Assembly (NCBI GenBank): GCA_032718475.1
Contig: JAUCBJ010004713.1
Coordinates: 1-51,067, forward strand
Origin: Nemertoderma westbladi
Taxonomy: Eukaryota > Animalia > Xenacoelomorpha
Length of the DNA: 51,067 nucleotides
Direction of reading: 5' to 3'
Below, piece after piece: positions 35,317 through 46,873 of the stretch (positions are counted from its first letter, which is position 1; each line of letters opens with the position of its first letter). The position numbers and the translations under genes were made by a program. The notes under the pieces are model-generated. The model was not told where the DNA came from, made no database searches, and saw only the letters and a program-made list of their open reading frames with translations.

Positions 35317-36216
35317 TGTGCTGCTGTATGGCAGTCCTTGTGCTGCTGTATGGCAGTCCCTGTGCTGCTATATGGCAGTCCCTGTGCTGCTATATGGCAG
35401 TCCCTGTACTGCTGTATGACAGTCCCTGTGCTGCTGTATGGCAGTCCCTGTGCTGCTTTATGGCAGTCCTTGTGCTGCTGTATGGCAGTCCTTGTGCTGC
35501 TGTATGGCAGTCCCTTTGCTGCTGTATGGCAGTCCCTGTACTGCTGTATGACAGTCCCTGTGCTGCTGTATGGCAGTCCCTGTGCTGCTGTATAGCAGTC
35601 CTTGTGCTGCTGTATGGCAGTCCTTGTGCTGCTGTATGGCAGTCCTTGTGCTGCTGTATGGCAGTCCCTTTGCTGCTGTATGGCAGTCCCTGTACTGCTG
35701 TATGACAGTCCCTGTGCTGCTGTATGGCAGTCCCTGTGCTGCTGCTTGGCAGTCTATGTGCTGATGTATGGCAGTCCATGTGCTGCTGTTTGGCAGTCCT
35801 TGTGCTGCTGTTTGGCAGTCATTGTGCTGCTGTATGGCAGTCCCTGCGCTGCTGTTTGGCAGTACTTCTGCTGATGTTTGGAAGTCCCTGTGGTACTGTA
35901 TAGAAGTCCTGTTGCTGCATTTTGGCAGTCTATGTGCTGCTGTATGGCAGTCCCTGTGCTGCTGTATGTCAGTCCCTGTGCTGCTGTATGGCAGTTCCTG
36001 TGCTGCTGTTTGGCAGTCCCTGTGCTGCTGTATGGCAGTCACTGTGCTGCTGTTTGGCAGTCTATGTGCTGCTGTATGGCAGTCCATGTGCTGCTGTTTG
36101 GCAGTCCTTGTGCTGCTGTTTGGCAGTCCTTGTGCTGCTGTATGGCAGTCCCTGTGCTGCTGTTTGGCAGTTCTTATGCTGCTGTTTGGCAGTCCCTGTG
36201 GTGCTGTATAGAAGTC
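35317..36216. repeat. 22-bp minisatellite x~41
   Basis: Unit TGTGCTGCTGTATGGCAGTCCC; explains the overlapping Cys-rich and Gln-rich ORFs. Confidence 0.95.
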
Positions 36217-37262
36217 CTTTCTTGGCTCTTTTTGCTCTTTAAATAAGATCCCTTGATAGTACAAACACAAAGATGCTACGTAGGGTCATGGTATAATATA
36301 CGATGATCATTAAACAACTATGGCATTGCAGCACACGTTCTCAACCACGGCGATATATTTTGCCAAAACCCAGTGCCACCCTGCAGGTACTACGGGACAA
36401 TCTCATCGACATCTGCGATTAGGACAGACGGTGCATGATCTTGTTCTATGGTGCACGCTGGTGTATAAATATTTTGGTTTTGTTAATGAAGATGATTTAG
36501 GATATACAATATGGGTGATCACGAATTGTGGAGGTGTTGTTTAGCAGAAAATGAATGCAGAAAAAACTCAGATGTAAATAGGAATAAGAAACTGTAAATT
36601 GCAAATGGATACTGTGACCCTTTCTGCAACACAACTCCTCGGGCTTAGGGATCTTATTCTAGGTTGTTAGCAGCTCTACAAGTAACTCCAGAGAGTTTTA
36701 ATTAGAGTTATTGTGCCGGTACTAAGGATGCAGGAGAGAGAGAGATAGAGAGAGACTGCCCCACAGGACATATTGTATACAAGAACACGGTTACTATGAC
36801 ACTTGGCACGATTCCTCGTTAAATCTCACCAAATAATGAGATCAAGTCGCCCCCAATGAATGCTGTTTCATCGCTCTTCTTTGTCACTCAGGTATTCCAA
36901 ATAACATAAGATTTTGTTGATGAAGTTATTTTCGTTTAAGTGAATTTGATTATTGTTATAAAACTATTTAGGTTTCTCTTGTATGTTGAATGGATTTTCG
37001 TATATGTGCACATTGAATATTGGGGCAATGCAATGGTATAGTGAAATCGTTGCACATGAAAAAATAGGATATGAATGTTATGTTATGTTACCTACTATAC
37101 CTAGATACTCAATTTAGACAGATTCATACACATATGGCTGCACTAAACGGTCCATCCAAGGCCCACGGACCCAGAAACTAATTATCTCGGTCATACACAA
37201 TTTCGGCCATGTTCAGTCTCTTTGAAAAACCAGCTAAGGCTAAGGTTTATTGATGGGCCACT

Positions 37263-38284
37263 ATATTGTGTGTTCAAACCAAAATATTTTAGGTTTTATT
37301 TTAGTTAATGGTAAGAAACCATATTGAACTCCCAAATTGAACCTCACATTTAAGTGTCTCTGGACCATAAAATTGGGTGAAAATTATTTTTTTCTGCTAC
37401 TAAACATCGTCTGGACTGTCTGAGAATAGCCAAACCAAATATTTTTTAAATTGGCCCCAAAATGGCTCCGTAATGGCCAAAAGGGCCTTTTTGCGCCAAG
37501 GGCTATTTCTCCACCAATATTTGTTGAAATTTGTCCAAATTTGGAATATAGGTTCAGAAGAACCCTGCATCCAATTCTTCTTATAAAATTTTGCCTTAAA
37601 TGCTCTGGAGCCTTTTTAGACCAAAAAAGGGCCTTTTTTGGGCCTTTTTGATATAAAAAGGCTCCAGGGCATTTCCAACCAAATTTGTTAAGAAGAAGTA
37701 TGGAGAAGGGTAATCTTAACAAGTGTACCAAATTTCAACTCATTTCAGTTAAAATTGGCGGAGAAATCGCCGTCCTGACGTCGTTCTGAGATATGGGTGT
37801 TTAAAGTTTAAGGAACAATTCAAACCTTCGGGCACAATTTTAGATAATACAAATTTTCTATGTTCGTCAATAACTTTGTCAAAAATGAATGAAATTCAAC
37901 GAAATTTTTCATGCTTGCTAAACAGATAACTAGTAAGACAACGTTTTAGCAATTTTATGCATATCTATAACGTGAGAGCCTTTTTTATGAAAAGGGCCCC
38001 GCACAATTGTAAAATAAAGTGCTGCTCGAAGGCTTTACAAAAATCAGATTAGCTCTTACGTTTTGGGTAATAACTTTAGTTTGAAAAAAGATATGAGAAA
38101 ACTGCTTGCAGATTTGAAATCTCCATTAGATTTGGCACATGATAGAATAAAAAAAACGTTTTTGTCAATTTCCAAAACAGGGGTGTGCTAACTCCCCTGT
38201 TTTTGTAAGAAACCATTTTCCTCAAATATTGTGTGTTCAAACCAAAATGTTTGAGGTTTTATTTTAGTTAATTGTAAGAAACCA
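37263..38284. repeat. Probable DNA-transposon remnant bracketed by a ~58-bp direct repeat
   Basis: ATATTGTGTGTTCAAACCAAAAT...GTAAGAAACCAT at ~37263 and ~38227; repeated AAAAGGGCCTTTTT motifs; perfect 10-bp hairpin at 38174-38203. Confidence 0.45.
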
Positions 38285-39075
38285 TTTTCCTCAAAATATT
38301 GATTGAAATACATAAAATAAATAATTTTCCAAAACCTTTGATCCATGTGATTTTAAAGATGACACAAAGCACATGTGTCTTTGTACATCCAATTTAATCC
38401 AACACAACTGGCTATAATCGCTAAAGTCGTTTGATCTTTCGAACGTCCCAACATATAACATGGACATTGACGGCCAGGCGTTCCCTAACGCCTTGGAAAC
38501 TCGCCAACTCAATTAAATAACCCCGTGGCGTTTTGATAGAAGATTCGTCCCAACTATGATGCAGTGGGGTGGAGGTTCTTGGTCACTCACTCAGTCAATG
38601 CTAATTCGATTTTTGTCCTTTAGGTACTACAGTAGTAGTTAGCTGGTAACAGCACTCTAAGTTGGGCCCCCAAGCTATATATGCGATAGCCGCCACATAC
38701 AGTTAGATAACGATGTGACGAGTGTGGGCTTTGTTAATGAGGTTAGCCTTGTATGGGATAATCACTAAATCAATGCTTGTAGTTTCTATATACCGTAAAG
38801 GATATTGGCCATCGACTATGCCTAGTTTTCGTAGATTTGGGGTGATATTGTATATATTTTTCAGATATTTTTCACAAACTGGGGGGGATAATTGGGGGGG
38901 GGGGGGGAGTATGAAATAGTTTTTACAAATAAAATCGTTAAATATTTTATAATTTGTTATACCCACGAGATGGGACCAATCACCTCCTATATATGTATTC
39001 TTTATTACTCAAACTAGACAAAGTTTGTGATTTCTATGCATAACTGTAACTACGTAACTACGGTGGGTCACTCAC

Positions 39076-39226
39076 CTGCTCGGATGTTAACAAATTGAGA
39101 AAGTATAGCGCCGTTCTCATTGGACAATTTGCACTGAAGTGTCGCGGAATGAATGCGTGGGTTGAGGCTATCAGCCTCGAATCGTTCAAACCGCAGAGTT
39201 CCATTACCAAACACCGTGACAAAGTT
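39076..39226 (-). CDS. Dscam: Dscam-like exon B: C-terminal half of Ig1
   Basis: Flanked by attctAG and GTGAGT; 151 nt, phase 0 to 1. NFVTVFGNGTLRFERFEADSLNPRIHSATLQCKLSNENGAILSQFVNIRA resembles Dscam G.L.F..F.A......H...Y.C...N..G.I.S..V.VRA. Confidence 0.9.
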
Positions 39227-42150
39227 CTAGAATAATATAATTAAATTACAATAGAATCAGAGGTCAGAGGTCAGAGGTTGGGGGACTTTAGATCCGACTT
39301 TTGCACCACATCAGAGTAATTAAAAACGAGACTTTAAATACCTAAGTTTAGTGACCGGGAGGTAGACCACGCATTGGGTAAGTGGTGGGTTAAGTTTGGT
39401 TTTTTGTTTGGGGTTTGTTTTCAGGCATGATATTTTATATAGTTTTTTATTTGAATCAAAGCTAGATTATTTGGAAAGTAAATCCCCAGCATATTTTAGA
39501 AGCATTTTGGCTTTCAACGCGTTTATAATAAAGGCAAAGAAATACTGTATGAATAATAAATAGGTTTACTATAAGTATATTGGATGAGACATGCCTATTG
39601 CCTAGGTCGGACAATCTCAGTAGGGATCTGTCCCCAAGGTTTTATGAAACAATAAACTACTCGATCCATATGTAAGCGTGCCTGTTGGATTAGCTCAAAA
39701 ACATGGGACCACGCCCTGTCAGGATCGACTAACGAAATAACACAGAGAAGCGTCTTTATAAGAAACCGAAACAACAATTATTGAGTTAAACGGAATTTCA
39801 AAATAGGAATTCAGGTGAAGAGAATTGTTAGCTGGAACTGCTGTGGTAGGAGATGCAGTATACTGTACATACAGTTGTAGTGCAGAATGGTTAGGTGATG
39901 ACACGAGAATATGTGCGTACCGTGCGAGCGCAGCGTATGGCGGTGGAGGTTTACAGATATTTATCTGAGTTCTGAATTTGATACTTTAATATTGTAATAT
40001 TTCGGAATATAGTTAAAATTCATAACCATCTATACAACTAATTGTTGTTACAACACCAGTAGTTCGGTAAACAACATTAAACTTAGCACATAACGGCTAT
40101 CGTTCAATCTAGAAACAGGAGGGATTCCTTAAAACATTCCAAAAGTTTATTCTTTTTAAATTATTGATTAATTTGCAGCGTTACTGGTATAAAACTAGAG
40201 AGAGAGAGCCGATAAGTTGACATATTGTAAGCATTAAAAAATACTTTTTTTAACAACATTAAAAGTTTAAAACTTGTCACAGCTATAATGTGAATATTGA
40301 GTATGGTTGGTATGGGTAGTTTTCATTTGATACTGTATGTTAAGTATGTTATACATGTTGTTATATATGTTATACAACTCAAATGTGGTTTTGATTATTG
40401 TATATGTATAACGTTATGGATAAAATCTCTATTTCATTTTGAACACTTGTTTAGCACTTCCACTGAATAAATTAATAGGTAAACAGGTACCAGAGGTGCG
40501 TATAGCGTGTGGCGTATAAAATATAACGAAATGCGTCGAAATGAGTTGCGTAGCTTCCTGGAATAATTTCATGGCTGCTAGATAAAAACGCAGAGCTGTG
40601 GAAATAGAAATCTTGAGAAAATTAAAGTGGTTGAGTGCCGCAATGAATGCCTGCTGACAGCCCGCTGCTTTTAAGCTGACAGGTTGTTGGCGTGAGAGTT
40701 TGCAATCAGTGTGGTTGAATTCGGGGTTGATGGGACGTGTAATAGGATCCTGTGGCTACGTGTAGGTTGTAGAACCCTCCCCCACACAAATGTGTTTGGT
40801 TTGGGGGGGGGGGGGGGGGGGGGGTACTGTCTAATATTGTTACTCAAAATCTGACGATTATGAAACTGTCTCACAGAAGTTCAGACTTCTGTCTACATTA
40901 TCGCAACAGGAAGATTCCTTTCTCTTGGAAATTACCTGTGAGGTAACTTATATAGAATCTTACTTCAATAATAAATCTTAATATACTATAAGCTCTAACC
41001 CGGACCAATATTATAATAGTGCAGTAATTCTAGTTATCAGAAACAGGCAACCAGGTCGTTCCCAAGGTGTAACCTGAATCTTGGTACTCATTTATCGAGC
41101 AGTCAAAGTTTGAAGCCTGGGTTCAGCGAGGATAGTATTTTTTTATATTATTCACAATAAAAGGAACGCAATATTACAATATTAAATGTAAAAAATTACT
41201 AATTATTCATCACGCTCTCGACAAAAATAAGGTATTTATTTTGGTTCGAATTATTCCTACGCGAACTTCAACTCCTATCAAGTGAAACAAACAAAACTCA
41301 ATAAAGTATCGATTCGCCTTCGATTTGGGTTATTTTGCCTTTCTTTCACAACGGAACTATATAGTAGTAATGTAAGGTAAGCCATGTAGGAAGCACCGGA
41401 AGAATGCAAGATTAAACTAGCTACGTGTCTATCGCCGCCTGTTTGCTGCACAATGTGTTAGTGGGCCGGAAAGCATCACTCATCTAGCGGAGGGCAGAAC
41501 AAAGCTGTACTGCAGGCCCTATTAGCAAATCAGGCGGGGTATTCAGTGCCGTAGATCTCCTAGGAAACACCAGCCTTCCCGTGGTGTTGACCGAATTAAC
41601 TCAGCGGTTGGTGGGTTTCTTGGTTCCTTAATGAGGCACAATGACTGTATGTTGTCGTGGAACACATGAAGTTTTCATTTTGCGTGCCTCTTCGGTTTGA
41701 AGAGAAGCGAGGGGATAAAGTCAGGGATTACCATAGCTTTGGAGTAGCGAACTTTAGATAGATTAACTGAAAGTGACGGCCAATTTAATTGACCTCAAAC
41801 CAAATTGAGGGTAACATTTCCGAATTGATTGGTCTTATTAAAAAGGATAAACTTCTTGAGTGAGACCTTGAGTCAAGTATAAGTCAAACAATATCGTATT
41901 ACTTTCTTATAGAATATTGAACAAAATATATATAGTTTCAGTTTGAAACTTTACACTTTACTACTACTACTACTAGGTCGAGCGAACTCGGACAGTGGAA
42001 ATGAGATCCTTCCAGGCTTCCCGATTCTCCATAGTTGTCGCAATTTCGTTTCTCCCAAGTTCAGTATCCCTTTCAAGTTGATCTATATATGTTATGGCAG
42101 GTCGTCCACGACTACGCTTTCCATGAGTTGGTTGCCAGAGAAGTAGATCT

Positions 42151-42595
42151 GGTATGGCAGCACGCGTTCAGCTACAAGGGACCACTCCATTGGAATCGCC
42201 TACCCCAGACCATAGTGAATGCGCCCTCCCTTGATGCCTTCAAACACCAACTGAAAAAACACATATTAACAAATCTGGCAGAAACCGATATCTGATAACA
42301 CCTGTTCGAGGCTGAGCCCCCCTCTTAACTTTTTAACATTAATATTATCCACTATTTTATTTATAGGACCCTCATGGAAACGAGGTTTAATACCTCATGA
42401 GGCTATCCTTACACTTGGTTTTAATTCACAATTTTTTTATAATCGAATGTTTTTACTTTACACACTCAAATAACTATTATGTAATTTACTTAACATTTTA
42501 CGATATGTCCCCTTACAGTTAGTAATTATGTTCGGTGCAGTTCGTTTTTAACCAGCTCTACCACCAGTGTAAAAAAAAATCAATCAATCAATCAA
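42151..42595 (+). mobile_element. 3' end of a CR1/L2-group LINE inserted into the RTE
   Basis: AFSYKGPLHWNRLP...SLDAFKHQLK C-terminal motif, 3' UTR stem-loop region ~42365-42409, (AATC)n tail. Confidence 0.8.
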
Positions 42596-43446
42596 TGACC
42601 TCGTCTTTACTTCGCCAGCAGTGCCCACTGAATCTTAATCTGCGTTCACGGAGGGTGGTTGATACAGGTGGTATTGTACCATAAAGCTCGGCGTTTGTCA
42701 TGTGTTGTCTCCAGCTGATGTTTAGGGCTGCCCTTAGTAGTCTTGTGTAGCAACCATCAATTCGTTGTTCAAGTGATTTAGTCAGTGTCCAGGTCTCACC
42801 GCCGTATAAAAATACACTTTCCACTGTGGCTTGAAAGAACTTAGTCTTCAGGTGCCTGGAGAGATCTGATTTCCAGATGGTATCCATTTTTGATAGAGCT
42901 ACCCAAGCCTTTGCTTTCCTAACTTCTATGTCCTTTTTGCTACTCTCTATCCATGATCCAAGGTACTGGAAGTCATCGACCTTCCTTAGTTGATTATTAT
43001 CAATGGTTGTCAAGTTTCCATCAACATTAAAGGTCATGAATTTGGTCTTGGTAGCATTTATATGTAATCCAACCTCCTTAGCAGCCCTCTCCACTTTATT
43101 TAGTAGAAGCTGTGCATCTGCTAGCGTATTAGAGAGCAGGGCGATGTCATCCGCAAAGTCGGTGTCTGTGACTGTAGTTGCCGGATATCTACTACTTCTG
43201 CGTTCTTGAAGTGTGAATCCCAGATCTTCACCCTTTGTGCCATTCCTCATTGCGTAATTGACCTTTAGTCCAAATTGGTGGTGGCTTTTCCCCTTTTAAC
43301 ATCCGGTTGCAAACATTCAATAATGGTCTATTATTTAGCACTCCGGTTTTCCATACCTCCGCTGGGATTTCATCTAATCCACTCGCTTTATTATTGGACA
43401 TGCTTTTAATGCTTCTTTGGAGTTCGGCAGGTGTGAAGTCCCCTGT

Positions 43447-45103
43447 GGGGCGAGCCACGAAGTGAGTGAGCCTTAGCGTAGTGGTACCATTAATCAACCT
43501 GTCGTTCTGTCGTTCTGTCGTTCTGTCGTTCTGTCGTTCTGTCGTTCTGTCGTTCTGTCGCGTCCAATTTTAAACGTTAATAACTCAGCCAATCTTTGAT
43601 GAAATCTATCCAAACTTGGTACACATGTTGTTTGGCAAAAGTTTAGAAATTTTCCAAGTAGAATTTCCGTGTGGCCTTCGAGAAGCTAAGATAATAGCAG
43701 TTAATTAGTTAATTAAGTTGATTACGGTAAAAACACCATTTTCAACCTGCCTTTTAAAGGAAATTAATTGTTTTACAGTATAAGATTTAAATAATTATAC
43801 TTAAAAATTATACAGATGTAATCCACATACGCCATTCTATTATAGTTTTTAATTAGTTCAAGTGATTTGCTTTATTAATTGTGTCTTTAATTGATCTAAA
43901 GTAATTAAAACGTCATAAAAATTGATTCTCATTAAATACTGCTCATTTATTGGCTAACATGCTGGTACGATGGAAGGATGTGTGTGTAAGGCAGCTATTT
44001 GCTGGGAATGATTATTGGTCAAGTCTCTGCTGGTGTGGAGCTAGCTGGCTTGGAGTTGTGGCTGTAGACTAACCAGAGAGGAATTGTACTGTAATAGGCA
44101 ACCAGTATTGCTATTCCAGCCCAGACATCATTCTTGAAATCCAACATCCCAACATCCTTCCTGTATTGACTCTACTATAAGTGTTGTATTGCTATCTCAG
44201 GTAAATGACAGATATAATAACATAAATACAATCCATGGCATGGCTGTTGTGTAGGCTTCTGAAATAGTTTATTCCACAATGTATATGTCTGGTTATTTTT
44301 TAATTGAATTTTTGCAAAGTAGTAAAATTAATGTTCTTAAAAATAATATTATTATTTTATATGTAACCTAGGAAATTAGCTACATTTTTTCGCTGCAGCT
44401 TTAAGAGTGTACATTGATTTAATATTATTTCAATACCCATATTACTACATCGGCATAAGATGCGTTGGCGTTGTATCACACATTTCCACATATCACACAT
44501 CTCCACATAGATGTATCAACAGTTACTCGCACAGTTTCGAAACTTCGCATAGTTATAACTGTATAAAGATCGTCAGTCTGCGTTTAGGAAAAATATTTTA
44601 TGACAAAACAGGACAAGCGACGAGCGCAACGAGGCATATAATGAAGACGAGTACTGCGTTGACTAAATTGTTATATAAACCACCTGGATTCACTTATTGA
44701 TCGCATCCCTAGTTATTATTATTATAAAGATCGTCCTAGCCTGCGTTTAAGAAATATATTTAAATACAAAACAGGACGAACGCAAAGAGGCTTATAATGA
44801 AAACGAGTACTGCGTTTATTATATTCCTATAAACCACCTGGCTTTGCATATTTAACGTGCGATTGGAAATAAGTTCGTGCTACCCTTCCGTGGGTGGTAG
44901 ATGTCGCGGTTATGTATTGGTGGGTGGGGGGAGGGGGGGGGGGGGGTGTGCAGATTAAAAGGGGTGAACACGTACTGTCCCCCTTTCTTTGATTAATTGG
45001 TGGTGTGGGTTAATATCTCATAACCTGATTTTGTGATACAGTCGCACAATTTTAATTTGTATCTCATAACTGGGCCTCGTGCTGCGCGAAGGCCCCACGA
45101 ACG
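43447..45103 (+). mobile_element. Non-autonomous DINE/HINE-like element, copy 1
   Basis: Head GGGGCGAGCCACGAAGT..GAGCCTTAGCG, (CTGTCGTT)n microsatellite, 3' hairpin GGGCCT..AGGCCC; cleanly splits the RTE reading frame; TGT on both sides. Confidence 0.75.
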
Positions 45104-46570
45104 TGTTTCTATAGGTAGTGTCTTGTCATATATTTTCCTTGTAGGGCTGACCTCGATGTTTGGTGGCTGCCCAAGCAAGTTGCTGAAGTTGAAACTTTAC
45201 ACTTTACATTTAATGTCAAATATTTCGTGTTTCAATCGTTATTTTTTGTAATTAAATATATCATATCATGAAAAGTGCACACCCGGATCCATCTCTATAC
45301 AACCCATCAACGTACATTGGATATACCCGGATCCATTCCATAGCCTCAATCTTTTTCAAACTAAATCTAATAATTGCGAATTCATTCTCGACTAAGTATG
45401 CAACACAGATGGTTTATAAAGTTGGGCCTAATTGCTGCTCCATATAACACGGAATTGAGTCAGTCTTTACAGGCATTGTGACTTTCAGCCTGTTTTATCG
45501 ACCGACGACCCGTTTCGATCATACATCTCATGGAACAGCTGCAGGCAAGTTAATGATCCCGCGGCAGCCCACCACCAGTGTAGCTAATCTTGGGTTAATT
45601 GTTCCATCAGCACAGCGTTGATTATGTATCCAAGTCCAGATCATATATTTCGGTTAGAAGACCATAAATGTACAGTGAGTGACAGAGTGAGTGTGGAATA
45701 TACCAACCCTATTGTTATGATGTTATGGTGTGAGTACACAAATGGTAATCAACTTCACCTTTTTATTTAGCAAAATAAAGCAACATAGACCAAACCAACT
45801 ACAAAACTCAATCAAGATCATGAAGCGCAACAGTTTTAAATATGTGTTAGGCTATAAAAATACTATTGAAACACAACCACCATTTCTCAAAACAATTTCA
45901 CTTTGGTGATGATATTATGGTATTTGTAGTAGCTAGATTTACTGCAGCATTAACTTTGGGCCTCACACAGCGAGCCCGAAGATTATCCGTGTTATTAACG
46001 ACACACCGGTTTAGTTTCATGCCAGTTTAATATCTTACAAAGCCATCGGAATCAATATCTCGGGTCCAGTTATAATGCACTTAACTATGATTGCATTGAT
46101 CCACAGCAAACACAGTTACTTCGCCACACAGAGGTACACACACAGACATGGTAATATTTTATATTGTTCGTTAATGATATTGTATTTGAATTTAAATTAT
46201 ATGGGATATGCGAATATAATAAATTGTAATTGAAAAATATTTTTGAGTAAGAGAAATTCAATTACTTTATAAATTTAATTGTCGGGCAATAAAAACATTT
46301 ATCAGTAGGTAAGTAAAACCGACAAAAAAGTTGGAGACCGAGGAGGTGCATTCAATCATTGGTCGTAAAATAGATAGGTTTAACCCCAGCTAGATGCGGC
46401 GTCTATCAAAACTAATTATTAACTCAAATAGGCGATTAGCTTCCCCCATTTGTGTCTAGCTTTTGTAGTGAAAGACTCTTGGAATACTTGTTTCCTCTGT
46501 AAGTAAATAAAGCTATTTGTAATGGGCCTAAATTCATTTAAATAAATGTATATTTGTCATACAAACTCAC

Positions 46571-46770
46571 TCGAATGGTCCCAACAGTTTCGCCAGAATT
46601 CGCGTAAATCCAAGAGATCTGGAAGGGAGATTGGGACCATCCCGAGCAATGGACAAAAGCGCCGACCTCGTTGCTAAAGGTCACAGCGGTCGGGGGCTCT
46701 TCCAGGAAGGTGGGTCCGTAGGTACCCGGGTCTACGATTGGGTCAACAGATACTACGGCAAAGATACAGC
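46571..46770 (-). CDS. Dscam: Dscam-like exon A: end of signal peptide + N-terminal half of Ig1
   Basis: Flanked by ttcccacAG and GTGAGT; 200 nt, phase 1 to 0. Translates (x)CIFAVVSVDPIVDPGTYGPTFLEEPPTAVTFSNEVGAFVHCSGWSQSPFQISWIYANSGETVGTIR, matching the Dscam Ig1 signature GPxFLxEP...FSN..GA...C...W. Not in the ORF track. Confidence 0.9.
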
Positions 46771-46873
46771 CTGTGGGAAATAAGAAATTAAAATAGGAAT
46801 TGAAAATATCAGGAGTAAATTATTGTGAACAAATATGGAAAAATAAAGAATACCATTAAATACCATACATACA

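Larger units (their letters stand above)
41962..45188 (-). mobile_element. 5'-truncated RTE-clade non-LTR retrotransposon, interrupted by two insertions
   Basis: RT motifs KASGLDEIPAE, DFADDIALL, FQYLGS, SVFLYGGETW; C-terminus LLWQPTHGKRSRGRP...VRST* (41964-42150); (TAG)n tail; 19-bp TSD TTGAAACTTTACACTTTAC at 41943-41961 and 45189-45207; internal deletion near 43260. Confidence 0.92.

Noticed and set aside
35316-36270. Cys-rich metallothionein/keratin-like ORFs
   Set aside because: The 22-bp unit is almost stop-free, so overlapping ORFs occur in many frames on both strands; no splice signals.
42588-43250. Intact or domesticated reverse transcriptase
   Set aside because: Lacks the N-terminal RT motifs through internal deletion, is 5' truncated and is interrupted by two insertions.
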